A stretch of 64,000 nucleotides of DNA from a virus. Positions 1 through 9,200 of the stretch are shown in pieces (the stretch's first letter is position 1; the number at the start of each line of letters is the position of its first letter). A program made the position numbers and the translations under genes. The notes under the pieces are model-generated. The model was not told the origin of the DNA and did no database searches. It saw only the letters and a list, made by a program, of their open reading frames with translations. The stretch lies in the IMG/VR virus record IMGVR_UViG_3300046747_000672, positions 49,763 through 113,762 of that record. The stretch is one strand, 5' to 3'.

Positions 1-254
1 GCGGTGAGCTCGACGTCAGAACTGTCGTCGTCATCCATGGTCGGTAGTCCCGTCTCGTTGTTGCACCAGATGGTCAGCTTCTCTTCGTCGTGGATGGCGA
101 GCCAGTATTCCTCATCCTCACCCGCACCCGCCCCGGCGTTCGGGAAGCCCAGGGACTCCGCCCACGCGTTCCACGCGTCCTCCTTGCTTTCGGCGATGAC
201 CCACTCGCAGCGGTCGGGCGAGACATAGAGCTTCAGTGCGCCCACCTCACCCAC
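1..254 (-). CDS. Hypothetical phage protein, 3' end truncated by window edge
   Basis: GGAGG SD then GTG at 254; frame open to position 1; high GC3. Confidence 0.6.
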   Translation of the reverse strand, partial: MGEVGALKLYVSPDRCEWVIAESKEDAWNAWAESLGFPNAGAGAGEDEEYWLAIHDEEKLTIWCNNETGLPTMDDDDSSDVELT

Positions 255-489
255 GCGCCACCTCCAGTCCCAGGTCGATCTTCACAGCGCACGCCGCCGA
301 GCACGCGAAGTGCGTCGCCTGGCGCCCTTGCGGCAACAGGTCGCGCCGCATCAGCCACCCGGGCGGCAGGCAGTCGACGGGCTCGCCGAGGTCGCTCGCG
401 CTCACGCTGCCTTTCGCGACGGCGCAGCAGGACGCGCACGTGAACGTCGTGGGGCGGAGCCAGTGGCGGAGGTCAGGCATCGGCGGCAT
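247..489 (-). CDS. Small Cys-motif (CxxC...CSxxC) phage protein
   Basis: FTCASC...LPPGW...FACSAAC; overlaps neighbours. Confidence 0.65.
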   Translation of the reverse strand: MPPMPDLRHWLRPTTFTCASCCAVAKGSVSASDLGEPVDCLPPGWLMRRDLLPQGRQATHFACSAACAVKIDLGLEVARG

Positions 490-817
490 CGTTCTCTCGT
501 TCCTCTTCCGCGACCTCTTCGGCCCACTTCTCAACGTCAACTAGTGCCCGTTCGACGGCAGTCCCGAGAGTCGCGCCTTCCCATTCGTAACAGCGCGACG
601 GTACGATGACGTAGCACCACAACTTCAGCTTGACCCAGTCGTCGCCCTTGGATGTCTCGAAGTGGTTCGGCAAGTGAATCTCCCACGTTCCCTCGTAGGT
701 CTTGCAATGCGGCTCGAAACGAAGCTTGCGCGCAATGGCGGAGAACGTCGCCTGCCTCAACGCTTGGAAGGCGGCGATCTCGTCGCCGGAGAATAGCGGC
801 TTGATGGGCTGGTTCAC
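473..817 (-). CDS. Hypothetical phage protein
   Basis: GTG start coupled to upstream stop; protein-like C-terminal part of ORF 473..1423. Confidence 0.65.
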   Translation of the reverse strand: MNQPIKPLFSGDEIAAFQALRQATFSAIARKLRFEPHCKTYEGTWEIHLPNHFETSKGDDWVKLKLWCYVIVPSRCYEWEGATLGTAVERALVDVEKWAEEVAEEERENDAADA

Positions 818-1203
818 GGCGCCGTCCCCGCACAACGGTGGTCCCACATGGGAACCATCTTCGATGCGAAGTCCCAGATCGCGACCAGCATCTTGCCGAA
901 GTTCTCGCCGTCGCCACGCCCGCACATGTGGAGGCTTTCTTCCTCTGCCATCCTGAACTCGAGGCAGCCGTCCCATTTCACGTACCCGCTCGCGAACCGT
1001 CCCGCCTCCTCGATGCGCTCGACCATGTCGAGCGACTCTCCGCCGCGTCGCCGGTAGAACCGTTGCGAGCGGTCGAGCGACCAGCCGATGATTTCGTAGA
1101 CCTCGAAGTCGGCGCCGTGCTCCGAGCAACCTCCGAATGGCGTCAGGCGGATCGCGAAGTTGATCGCGTCCATGTTGTGGGTGGTCCACTGGCGGTCGAT
1201 CAT
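814..1203 (-). CDS. Hypothetical phage protein (GYVKWDGC motif)
   Basis: ATGA coupling, GGAGG SD. Confidence 0.7.
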   Translation of the reverse strand: MIDRQWTTHNMDAINFAIRLTPFGGCSEHGADFEVYEIIGWSLDRSQRFYRRRGGESLDMVERIEEAGRFASGYVKWDGCLEFRMAEEESLHMCGRGDGENFGKMLVAIWDFASKMVPMWDHRCAGTAP

Positions 1204-1856
1204 GGCCTGATCCTCCGAAACTCGACGACCCACACCCGCGGGTTCGTCGTCCAGTTTGCGCGATCGCGGTTGATCGAATCCCACAGACACGCGAATGCGC
1301 CGCGGTGCGTGCCGCTAAGTTCTCTTGAGAGTTTGCCTGCGCCATCGAAAACGATGGCCGCATCGGTCCATCTCGCCCCTTCCGCCTGCGCATCCTTCTC
1401 GGTGATGTCCTGCAACCGCTCAACTCGAACTCCCGCTACCTCCAGTGTGATTCGCGACGCCCACTTGGGCATGTAGAGCGGCGTCACCCAGCCGGCGCTG
1501 GCCGCTTTCGGTATCTTCCAATTGTTCGTGACATCGTATTCAGAAAAGAAGGAGCACGAGTTGTCTGCGGCGTATTCCACATTGACGTCGGCGCAATCGC
1601 ATGCATCGGAACCGTGACCATGGGCGATGCTCGGGCGCCAGGTTTCCTTCACCCAGAGTTTGTCGCCTGACAGGCCGTACCGGTTCCGAATGCGTCGAGT
1701 GCCAGTCGACTCATTGGAGTTCGACGCCAGAACGTCGTCGAACTCCACATCGCGAGCGAGCGGGACAATGCGACGTGTCTGTGTTTTTGCGCCGGACAGG
1801 ATCGCCAGGACCATGGGCGCAGAGAACAGGATGGGGCGATCGGCGGTAGCGCTCAC
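1200..1856 (-). CDS. ASCH/PUA-like domain phage protein
   Basis: PILFSAPMVLAILSGAKTQTRR...LWVKETW...PLYMPKWASRITLEV...VERLQDI...NPRVWVVEF. Confidence 0.85.
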   Translation of the reverse strand: MSATADRPILFSAPMVLAILSGAKTQTRRIVPLARDVEFDDVLASNSNESTGTRRIRNRYGLSGDKLWVKETWRPSIAHGHGSDACDCADVNVEYAADNSCSFFSEYDVTNNWKIPKAASAGWVTPLYMPKWASRITLEVAGVRVERLQDITEKDAQAEGARWTDAAIVFDGAGKLSRELSGTHRGAFACLWDSINRDRANWTTNPRVWVVEFRRIRP

Positions 1857-1943
1857 GGGCCAGCCTCTTCCTGGCAATCGAGGCAGTAGGCGTCCCAATC
1901 GGTGCTCACGATTCTCTCCTTCTCCGCTGTACTCGGGAGGCCA

Positions 1944-3566
1944 TCAGTCCCACCGATCGATCCTGTATTCCAGCCGGACGCCGTTGCCGTCGGTGACTCG
2001 CACGTGAACGACATCGTTCGAGCCCTTCTGAAGCATCAGCCCGCACGCCGACGCGTCATCCTCGCCAGCGATCCGGGCGCCTCGCGAGTACGCTTCGATC
2101 GTGGCACGAATGCCGTGAAATTCAGCTCGCATGATCTCCGGGAACAGTCCAGCTCCAGCCGTCTTCGCACGCGAGTCCTTGGCCCCGTCGATGACGATGA
2201 CGGCGCCCTCTCCTTGGTGCGTGAACGTGCCTCCAAACCACGATGGCGGGCGAAGCGTGATGGCCGTAACTGGCGACCACACGTTGGCGACGAGGCCCCA
2301 CGAGGCTGCTATCGATCCGCCATTGTAGAGGTACCAGGAGAACGGGTTTCGTTTCTCCGACGAGTCCCATTGCAGAATGGGCGGCGCCTCCGAATTTGCC
2401 GCGGTCACGATCGCGGTGAAATTGCCGGCGTGCGGGACGAGGACAGCGATCGTCTTCGCGCCAGCGAGAACCGTCCGCCGAAACTTCTCCCACGTGATCG
2501 CTTGCGACGGCACCGCCATCAGCGGCAGCGTCGTGCCTTCCTTCGGTTTGAGGTGCGAAAAGACGCCGCCTGCCTTGGGCGTCTCAGGAACTGCCGGCCT
2601 CCACAGCGCGTCGACCTCTCCGAGCCGCGCGAATCTGCGCTCAAGCGATCCGGCTGCTTTCAGTTTCTCGATGACCTTTTCTGCCTGCGCGATGTTGCCA
2701 GCCGAAGGCGCAGCTTGCGGACGCTGGTACTGGAGCGGATGCATCTTGTCCTTGAACCGGCGCGCCACCTCCTCGAACGGCATTCCGGCGGCGATGTCTT
2801 CGAGCAGCGTTCCGATCATCGAACTCCGTGGATGGCAGAATCCAGCAGGCGCTGATGCGATGGCGCGCCACACGATGTTTGCGCGGCGTCCCTTGTGCGT
2901 AGCGATCGCGGTGTGCAGGTCAGCCAACCACTTTGCCGGACCAAGCACCTTCTCACTTCGGTACAGCGCGTCGCTGTTCAGCAGCGAAAGCGCCTGCGCA
3001 AGGACAGGCGGCGCAAACTCTTCGAGAGCGCGCTGAACATTTTTGAAGTCCTCCAGCTTCTCCGCCATAGCCTGACCGGCGGTCTGAACGAGGTTCCGGA
3101 AGACGTGGTCGGGCGTCGGGCTGACGCTTAGGTGAACCCAGTCGCCTTTGCGCGATGGCGTGAAATGCTGCCCCAACGTCGGTTCAGACGATAGGAACAC
3201 GCCAGTTACGATGGCCCGGCGCAGTCTGGCGGTTATCGCTTCAACCGCCGAAGCGTGGTCGTTGTCAGCGTCGGACATATGCCACGCCGCTGGCGCAGTC
3301 GTGCCATTCTCGCCGATCGTCACGAGCCCGCCAACCCGCTCGACGAAGCGACGACATGCGTTGCAGTTGTGGTACTGGCGCGACGTCGCTGGGAAGCTCC
3401 CCAGATATACGTCCCACAAGTCCGGCGTGTCCGTCGTGAAGACATGTGCCTTTGAAGTGTTGGCAGCGAAGCGCGCGTCGACGCGCTTCAAGAAGTCTGC
3501 GTAGCTTGCGTCGGCAGCGTTGCCGGTTTGCGGCGGAGCGTCGTTGGTTACTGTGATCACTTGCAT
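1944..3566 (-). CDS. Large conserved phage protein of unknown function (RQYHNCNACRRF motif)
   Basis: About 540 aa; GGAG SD before ATG 3566; putative metal-binding HNCxxC motif. Confidence 0.85.
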   Translation of the reverse strand: MQVITVTNDAPPQTGNAADASYADFLKRVDARFAANTSKAHVFTTDTPDLWDVYLGSFPATSRQYHNCNACRRFVERVGGLVTIGENGTTAPAAWHMSDADNDHASAVEAITARLRRAIVTGVFLSSEPTLGQHFTPSRKGDWVHLSVSPTPDHVFRNLVQTAGQAMAEKLEDFKNVQRALEEFAPPVLAQALSLLNSDALYRSEKVLGPAKWLADLHTAIATHKGRRANIVWRAIASAPAGFCHPRSSMIGTLLEDIAAGMPFEEVARRFKDKMHPLQYQRPQAAPSAGNIAQAEKVIEKLKAAGSLERRFARLGEVDALWRPAVPETPKAGGVFSHLKPKEGTTLPLMAVPSQAITWEKFRRTVLAGAKTIAVLVPHAGNFTAIVTAANSEAPPILQWDSSEKRNPFSWYLYNGGSIAASWGLVANVWSPVTAITLRPPSWFGGTFTHQGEGAVIVIDGAKDSRAKTAGAGLFPEIMRAEFHGIRATIEAYSRGARIAGEDDASACGLMLQKGSNDVVHVRVTDGNGVRLEYRIDRWD

Positions 3567-3641
3567 GAGAGTCTCCATGGCAATCGAAGTAGCAAAAAGC
3601 ACGGCTGGCGCCATCGCCAGGGGCGGCGTGTCGGGACCAGG

Positions 3642-3935
3642 CTAAGCATCGAGGACCTCTTTCGTCGCCATCGGCCACCCATCCAGTTCTCGCGCCTTCG
3701 CCCTGTACAGCGGCCCGCTGCCCTTGCGCGTGCAGTCAATCTCCTCGCTGTCGCGCAGCCGCCACAGCGCCCGCTCGAGCTCGCCGCGGTTGAACCGGAT
3801 CTGAAGCTTCGTCCACACGTCGTCGAGTGACCACGCGCGCGTCGGCGACGACTCCAGCAGCGCGACCACGGCGGCCCGACACGCCTTGGCGCGCTGCACC
3901 GGACCGCGGGTCGACGGGAAGCCTTGGCTGCTCAT
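3642..3935 (-). CDS. Putative winged-helix DNA-binding protein
   Basis: VVALLE...WSLDDVW...ELERALWRL...IDCTRKG..LYR pattern; GGAGG SD. Confidence 0.55.
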   Translation of the reverse strand: MSSQGFPSTRGPVQRAKACRAAVVALLESSPTRAWSLDDVWTKLQIRFNRGELERALWRLRDSEEIDCTRKGSGPLYRAKARELDGWPMATKEVLDA

Positions 3936-4132
3936 GATTCCTCCGCGATGACGCAGAGCACGTCGTGCGGGTCGCATTGAAAGAGTCGTGCTGCTTCCCG
4001 CCGAGCATCGATAAACATTCTGGTCTTGACGGTCACAACCTCGTCCGGCGAGCCCTTACGGCGGCAGCGCCAAAGGACGGGCGTCGCGTTCGGGTGGCCG
4101 ATGCGCGGGTCTTCGATGGCGCCGTGTTTCAT
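3932..4132 (-). CDS. Hypothetical protein
   Basis: ATGA coupling at both ends. Confidence 0.6.
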   Translation of the reverse strand: MKHGAIEDPRIGHPNATPVLWRCRRKGSPDEVVTVKTRMFIDARREAARLFQCDPHDVLCVIAEES

Positions 4133-4494
4133 TGCTGAGCTCGCTGCGGGACGGCGACGACCGCCCACGGCTTGGGCGTCTTGCAACCGGAGATTGGATA
4201 CGTGCGCTCTGGCTCGCAGCCGTGCCCCTTCTCGACGGCAAATGCGCCAGGGGCACCGCACAGAAGCTGCTCCTTCTGATCGCCAAAGTTGACGTCGCAT
4301 GTGACGTAGCCGTCGCCATCTGAGTCCGTTGTGGCGCAGGCGAGGCCCATGGGCCTGTAACCCATCTTGTCGAGCCATTCTCTCGCCGACTGCTCCGGCG
4401 CCGCTCGATTGCGGTTCGCTTTGTCGTCGCAGGCGGCTGCGCAAACGAACGCGAACGCCATCATCCAGAAAAGCCACTTCTGCACGCTCATCAT
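4129..4494 (-). CDS. Predicted lipoprotein
   Basis: Basic/hydrophobic N-terminus ending FVCAAA-C (lipobox-like); Cys-rich mature part; AGGAG SD. Confidence 0.7.
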   Translation of the reverse strand: MMSVQKWLFWMMAFAFVCAAACDDKANRNRAAPEQSAREWLDKMGYRPMGLACATTDSDGDGYVTCDVNFGDQKEQLLCGAPGAFAVEKGHGCEPERTYPISGCKTPKPWAVVAVPQRAQQ

Positions 4495-4703
4495 TTCGTC
4501 AGCTCCTTTTCAAAAGCCCTTGAACACAGCACGCACCGATTCACGGGCTTATCCACGAGCCTCCCGGTCACGCTGAGACCGCACAGCGGCGGCGACTGGA
4601 AGCGCAGCGGCTTCTGCTCGGACCACCGCGCGGGCTCGATGGCGGCAAGGAGATGCGCGACCGGCAGAAGCGGCGTGGGGACGGGGACGAACCAGCGGGT
4701 CAT
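4491..4703 (-). CDS. Hypothetical protein (C-terminal CxxC)
   Basis: ATGA coupling at both ends. Confidence 0.55.
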   Translation of the reverse strand: MTRWFVPVPTPLLPVAHLLAAIEPARWSEQKPLRFQSPPLCGLSVTGRLVDKPVNRCVLCSRAFEKELTK

Positions 4704-5194
4704 GGTGCGCTCACGGCTGCCGCCGCCTCGTCGATCACGTCCTGATACGGAAGCCACATCCGCACGATCTGAGCTTTCGTTACGTCGCTGTCGCAGCCAT
4801 TCGATTTGTGCTGCTGCGTCGGCTTCAGCATCCGGCACTCATACGGGCGATCGTCGTGCGCCATGGAGCATCCGGTCGTGGTCCACTGGACGCACTGACC
4901 GCCCCAGCTTGGATCGCGGAGTCGCCGCCCCGTGACGGTCGCAGGCCGAACGTATTCGGTCTGGCAAAGAACAGGGTCGGCGAGCTCTTCGCCAAGCGCC
5001 GTTCGCACGTCACCTTCCCACCAGTCGATGGCGTACTTGCCGCTCGCGAAGGCCTTTGCCAGCGCCGCCACAATCTGGCTTCGGTCGCTCCCCCAGTCTT
5101 CCGGTCGCGTGAGTCCAGGCATCGACTTGCAACACGCGCCGCCGCAAGCGCTGCACAGATCGGCGTCGACGTACATGGGGAGCTTCGCGCTCAT
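4700..5194 (-). CDS. YkgJ-like cysteine-cluster (Zn/Fe-S) protein
   Basis: CSACGGACC...QCVQW...GCSMAHDDRPYECRML. Confidence 0.8.
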   Translation of the reverse strand: MSAKLPMYVDADLCSACGGACCKSMPGLTRPEDWGSDRSQIVAALAKAFASGKYAIDWWEGDVRTALGEELADPVLCQTEYVRPATVTGRRLRDPSWGGQCVQWTTTGCSMAHDDRPYECRMLKPTQQHKSNGCDSDVTKAQIVRMWLPYQDVIDEAAAAVSAP

Positions 5195-5607
5195 TCGGCG
5201 CTCGCCCGGATTGAGAAGCCGCCGTAGTAGCCGTTGTGCTCGTTGTGAGACGACACGACGAACTCGCCCTTGCTCGTCTTCACGGCGAGGAACTGCACCT
5301 CGTGCGCATCGCACCCGTCCGCCGCGTCCGGAGCTTCGCGCAGTTCTATCCCGACGAGCGTCGCCCCGACGTAGTCGGCCAGCGTGTCATCGGTCCGCAT
5401 GTAGCGGTTCTCGCAGCACGACTGGCCGTCGTCCCACAGCTTCAGCGTTGACCCATCGTCGAACGCGAAGCGGAGGACGTCATCCTTGTCGTCCAATACG
5501 ACGCCGACGATCGTCTTTCCGATAGCTGCACTCACGGCGTCAAAGGTTTCCTTGCCGCTGTCGAGCATGTTGAGCATCACGTTCATCCCTAGATTCACGA
5601 ACTTCAT
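5191..5607 (-). CDS. Conserved phage protein (QSCCE...HNGYYG motif)
   Basis: Motif typical of a widespread phage hypothetical family; GGAG SD. Confidence 0.75.
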   Translation of the reverse strand: MKFVNLGMNVMLNMLDSGKETFDAVSAAIGKTIVGVVLDDKDDVLRFAFDDGSTLKLWDDGQSCCENRYMRTDDTLADYVGATLVGIELREAPDAADGCDAHEVQFLAVKTSKGEFVVSSHNEHNGYYGGFSIRASAE

Positions 5608-5662
5608 GCCCGTTTCTCCGTTCTCGTCGGCAGCCGCTGCCGCGCTGCGTCTCGCCTGGCCA

Positions 5663-5962
5663 TCACTGCACCCTCCGCGGCACCACGCACACATCCTTCG
5701 CCCCCGAATCCGGAGCCGCCCACGGCGCGCCGGCCGCTGGATCCTGGTCCAGCACGATGGCCTCTACGCCCACGTCATGCCCGCGGTACGGCGCCACGAG
5801 CTCCTCCAGCGCCTCCCACGAGTGCACGACGGCGAACGAGACCCGCGCGCGCTCGCGGTCGTTGAAGCGCACGAGGAGTTCGGCTGGGCCCGACGGGAGC
5901 TCCGGCGCGACGTTGGCGGCGCACGAGATGACGAGGGCGAGGAGGATGAGGAGGCGGTTCAT
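5663..5962 (-). CDS. Predicted lipoprotein
   Basis: MNRLLILLALVIS-C signal/lipobox. Confidence 0.6.
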   Translation of the reverse strand: MNRLLILLALVISCAANVAPELPSGPAELLVRFNDRERARVSFAVVHSWEALEELVAPYRGHDVGVEAIVLDQDPAAGAPWAAPDSGAKDVCVVPRRVQ

Positions 5963-6210
5963 GGGTTGGTTCCGTCTGGGTTCACGAAGCGGAGAAGGCC
6001 GAGTCGTCCGGCGATTCGAATCAGGTTGGTCGAACGTCGTTCGAAGAAGCCACGGCAGCAGACGTCTTTGTCGTCCGCCTTGTGGCAGATGAAGTGGACG
6101 CCGCGCCGTGCGCAATCGCGCAGCACATCCTTCGCGCGCGCCGCGCTGACGATGCGCCTCTTGGAGAAGAGGCACTGGTCGCATTGCTTGTGCATGACGA
6201 GGAAGCTCAT
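5959..6210 (-). CDS. Small Cys-rich protein
   Basis: CDQCLF...FICHK...CCRGF; coupled to MTase stop. Confidence 0.7.
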   Translation of the reverse strand: MSFLVMHKQCDQCLFSKRRIVSAARAKDVLRDCARRGVHFICHKADDKDVCCRGFFERRSTNLIRIAGRLGLLRFVNPDGTNP

Positions 6211-6929
6211 GCGGCGGCCTCAAGAATTTGGCGAATCACTTCGCCGACGACTTGCGCCGCCTGCGGAACGACGGCATCTCCGAGAGAGGCAACTCGGTCC
6301 ACCCGATGGGGAATCCCATGAACTGCTCGCACCAAGTCGGGCTCAATGCCCCACGAAAAAGCTCCGACAGCCGAGGACCTCGACCTCGGGTCCGGCGTAG
6401 TTCCTCCGCTCGGCTGAAGTAACCTCGCGTTGCATCGCTTTTGATGAGCGTGGGCAACAACGAAGACGCGGTTCCGGAGATGAGCCGCGCCGACGTCTCT
6501 GGCGGCAATCCCCATGGCGCGCGTTCGATATCCCAGTTGATGCAAATGGGTCCGCACCGCACACAGCCATCGATTGCGCCCGACTGCGACGTTTTCGATG
6601 ACGACCCACGGCGGGCGCTTTTGCTCGACGAGCCTTGCGAAGTACCTCCACAGTCCCGACCGCTCCCCTCGGACAATGCCGACGTTCTTGCCCGCCGCCG
6701 ATACGTCCTGGCACGGGAATCCGCCGCAGATGAGATCCACGTCATGAAGTTGGGCAGCACGCACTGTCTCGACATCGCTCCACCTCGGCACGTCGGGCCA
6801 GTGCTTCGCGAGCACGCTTCGCCGGAATTCATCCCTCTCGACCTGCCAAAGCACAGGACCGAGCCCTGCCCACTCGAGGCCGAGCTCTAGCCCGCCGATC
6901 CCGCTGAACAGCGAACCAATCGTCAGCAT
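6207..6929 (-). CDS. DNA cytosine-5 methyltransferase, large (alpha) polypeptide: motifs I-VIII and X
   Basis: SLFSGIGG (I), GGFPCQD (IV), ENV (VI), HLRNRVFVV (VIII), LGDAVVPQ (X); motif IX and TRD absent. Confidence 0.92.
   Translation of the reverse strand: MLTIGSLFSGIGGLELGLEWAGLGPVLWQVERDEFRRSVLAKHWPDVPRWSDVETVRAAQLHDVDLICGGFPCQDVSAAGKNVGIVRGERSGLWRYFARLVEQKRPPWVVIENVAVGRNRWLCAVRTHLHQLGYRTRAMGIAARDVGAAHLRNRVFVVAHAHQKRCNARLLQPSGGTTPDPRSRSSAVGAFSWGIEPDLVRAVHGIPHRVDRVASLGDAVVPQAAQVVGEVIRQILEAAA
6236..6745 (-). CDS. Nested alternative-frame ORF: putative C5-MTase beta polypeptide with motif IX
   Basis: LLPTL...LSPTWCEQFMGFPIGWT; lies entirely inside the MTase gene in another frame; start codon uncertain. 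Confidence 0.7.
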   Translation of the reverse strand: MTWISSAADSRARTYRRRARTSALSEGSGRDCGGTSQGSSSKSARRGSSSKTSQSGAIDGCVRCGPICINWDIERAPWGLPPETSARLISGTASSLLPTLIKSDATRGYFSRAEELRRTRGRGPRLSELFRGALSPTWCEQFMGFPIGWTELPLSEMPSFRRRRKSSAK

Positions 6930-7081
6930 CACTGCACATCCCTCATCGCCCGCCACGCAGCGCGGAACGACCAGAACACGAACCTATCGACAGGTGGCAC
7001 CCGCCGCACGCACGCCAGGATGGCGCACGGCGGCAGGTCGAGTTCGAGCGCGAGAAGGACGAGGTCGGCGGCGGGCATGAC

Positions 7082-7972
7082 CTACTCGATGTCCTGGCGA
7101 TCGTCGCTGCCCGACAGCGGCTCTTGCTTCTTTGGCCGTTGCACTTTCTGCGTCGCAGGCTCCGCTGCAACCGGAGTCGCGAGCAGCGTCGCCTCGAGCT
7201 CCCTCGGGCTGCCAGGTACCAGCGCTGCCGGCGTCGTGACGTCAGACAGCACTGTGCCCGTGGTGTCGACGATCTCTTCCGACGTCGACATGCCGAGCGA
7301 CAACTCCGGAGCGAAGACGCGCGTCCAGAAGCCGCCGGAGCGGTACATGAGCATCAGTTCGGGCATCGTCTTCCACTTCGACCCGTTTCTCGAGTACCAC
7401 CCCTCCGCTTTCGCCATCGCGATCGTGACGAGCGGCCCGACGCACTCCTCGCCCGACTCGCGATCCTTCGCCACGGCACGGCACCCCCATTCGTCGGTGC
7501 CCTCCTTGCCCTGCCATCGGAAGCGAATCGGCGAGAACCGTCCGCTGCTGTTGACGGTCCCGATCAAAAACTGCGATCGCCACCCGGGGCGCCCGTGGAT
7601 GATGTCCAGGTTGGTCATCACCATCAGAACCGACGCGCCGACGCGGCTCGCCATCTCGATGGCGATGAGGCAGTTCGGGATGTTGTTCTGGTACTGCGTC
7701 GGGACCATCGTGCTCGCCGACAGCGCATTCGCCATGCGGTAGGCACCCTTGAAGTTGGCTTCGCTGGCGAACGCGTTCAACGCGCGCTGCGCCTCGTCGC
7801 CCGTCGGCGGGGCCATCATCGCGACATGCGCGGCGGCGCCCGCCTGAGCGGAAGCCGAAGCCGGAACGGGCGCTTGGACGCCTACGTCAGCCATCCCGTT
7901 CGATGAGACGGAAGGCTTCGGAGCCTCCGCCGGAAGTCCTTGCGATTGAGTCACGTCGATCATTCCTTTCAT
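7082..7972 (-). CDS. RecT-like single-strand annealing protein
   Basis: NCLIAIEMA...NLDIIHGRPGW...SKWKTMPELMLMYRS...FAPELSLGM; directly after the exonuclease. Confidence 0.85.
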   Translation of the reverse strand: MKGMIDVTQSQGLPAEAPKPSVSSNGMADVGVQAPVPASASAQAGAAAHVAMMAPPTGDEAQRALNAFASEANFKGAYRMANALSASTMVPTQYQNNIPNCLIAIEMASRVGASVLMVMTNLDIIHGRPGWRSQFLIGTVNSSGRFSPIRFRWQGKEGTDEWGCRAVAKDRESGEECVGPLVTIAMAKAEGWYSRNGSKWKTMPELMLMYRSGGFWTRVFAPELSLGMSTSEEIVDTTGTVLSDVTTPAALVPGSPRELEATLLATPVAAEPATQKVQRPKKQEPLSGSDDRQDIE

Positions 7973-8799
7973 GCCCACGGGGGCAGTACGACTGTCTGTA
8001 TCTCGACCGGATACGCCGGCCACGAATCCTTCGCGAGGCAATCGGCGAGCGTCGTCATGTGGCGCTGCACATGGGTGTACCCGCGCCCGATCCCCTCCGC
8101 CTCGAGCGTGTGAATTGCCACCGCGTACGGCGGCGTCTTCTCGACCGCGCCGAACATGAAGTACTTGACCGCAGCGCCGAGCGCGCCGTACCCGGCTCGG
8201 TAGAGAGCGTCCTGCCAGTGGTACCTGTAGCGGACGATCTCCTTCGCAAAGGAGTCCTTGCTGGCATCCTCGGTCGACTTGACGTCCAGGACCATGCCGA
8301 GCCGCTCGACGTAGTAGTCCGAGCGACTCTTGCACGTCAGCCCGGTTGCGGCGTCTTTCCACACGAGCGTGAGTTCGGACTTGCCGTCAACAACCATTCT
8401 GCCGGCGAGCGGGTGGCGGCGAAACGCGTCGACCATGCCAGCGATCGCGTCGCTGTCTTCCGCCGAGAGAAGCTCGCTGCCGGCGTGGGCACCGCGCCAT
8501 TCGGCGCGCGCCTTCTTGTTGTCGGTCTTGCGGCAATCGCCGAACTCGGGTTCCACGGTGAACGCGCCTTCGAACAGGTGGGGCTCGAGCAGCGCGCAGT
8601 GGAACGCTCGCCCGAACGAGAGCGCCGGCCCTGTCTTCTCCGGCGAGACGCCGTCGATGTACGCCTTGTAGTGCGCCGGCGTTTGGCTGACGCGCTCCAG
8701 CGCGGACTTGCTCACCACGCCGAGCTTCCGCTTCAGGTAGACGTGCGCCGGAATGTTCGGGTGAACGCCGGGAGGCAATTCGTGAACGGGCAGGTTCAC
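7969..8799 (-). CDS. RecE/exodeoxyribonuclease VIII-like PD-(D/E)XK exonuclease
   Basis: SKSAL...FGRAFHCALLEP...CKSRSD...LDVKST...YHWQDALY...VEKTPPY. Confidence 0.9.
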   Translation of the reverse strand: MNLPVHELPPGVHPNIPAHVYLKRKLGVVSKSALERVSQTPAHYKAYIDGVSPEKTGPALSFGRAFHCALLEPHLFEGAFTVEPEFGDCRKTDNKKARAEWRGAHAGSELLSAEDSDAIAGMVDAFRRHPLAGRMVVDGKSELTLVWKDAATGLTCKSRSDYYVERLGMVLDVKSTEDASKDSFAKEIVRYRYHWQDALYRAGYGALGAAVKYFMFGAVEKTPPYAVAIHTLEAEGIGRGYTHVQRHMTTLADCLAKDSWPAYPVEIQTVVLPPWA

Positions 8800-9200
8800 C
8801 GCTTCCCCGCCTTCAGCCGCACGACCTTCCCATCGCCGCCCTCGAGCGCCTCACGAAGCGCCACCGACTCCTTGCTCGCCGGGTGCATCTGCGTCTTCAG
8901 CGCCATCTCGCATGCCGCGCGAAGCCGCCTGCGCTCGTCGTCGAGCGTTGCCGCCAGTTCCCGCTGCTCCTCGTGGACCGCCGCCAAGACCTCGCCTAGC
9001 GCGCCGTGGAGCCACGCCGCCTGGTCGTGCGTCAGGACGAAGATACGGCGCTCTGTCACCTTGCCGGTTGGAGCGCGACTCGTCAGTTCCTCTTCGCCAA
9101 TCTCGTAGAGTTCGTTGACGCCGCGGCGGACGACCGTGCGGAAGAGAGGGTCTTTCGGGTCGGTGCTGAGGCGTACGCGTTCGATGTCTTTGGGTTTCAC
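8796..9200 (-). CDS. Hypothetical protein with coiled coil
   Basis: GTGA coupling at both ends. Confidence 0.65.
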   Translation of the reverse strand: MKPKDIERVRLSTDPKDPLFRTVVRRGVNELYEIGEEELTSRAPTGKVTERRIFVLTHDQAAWLHGALGEVLAAVHEEQRELAATLDDERRRLRAACEMALKTQMHPASKESVALREALEGGDGKVVRLKAGKR

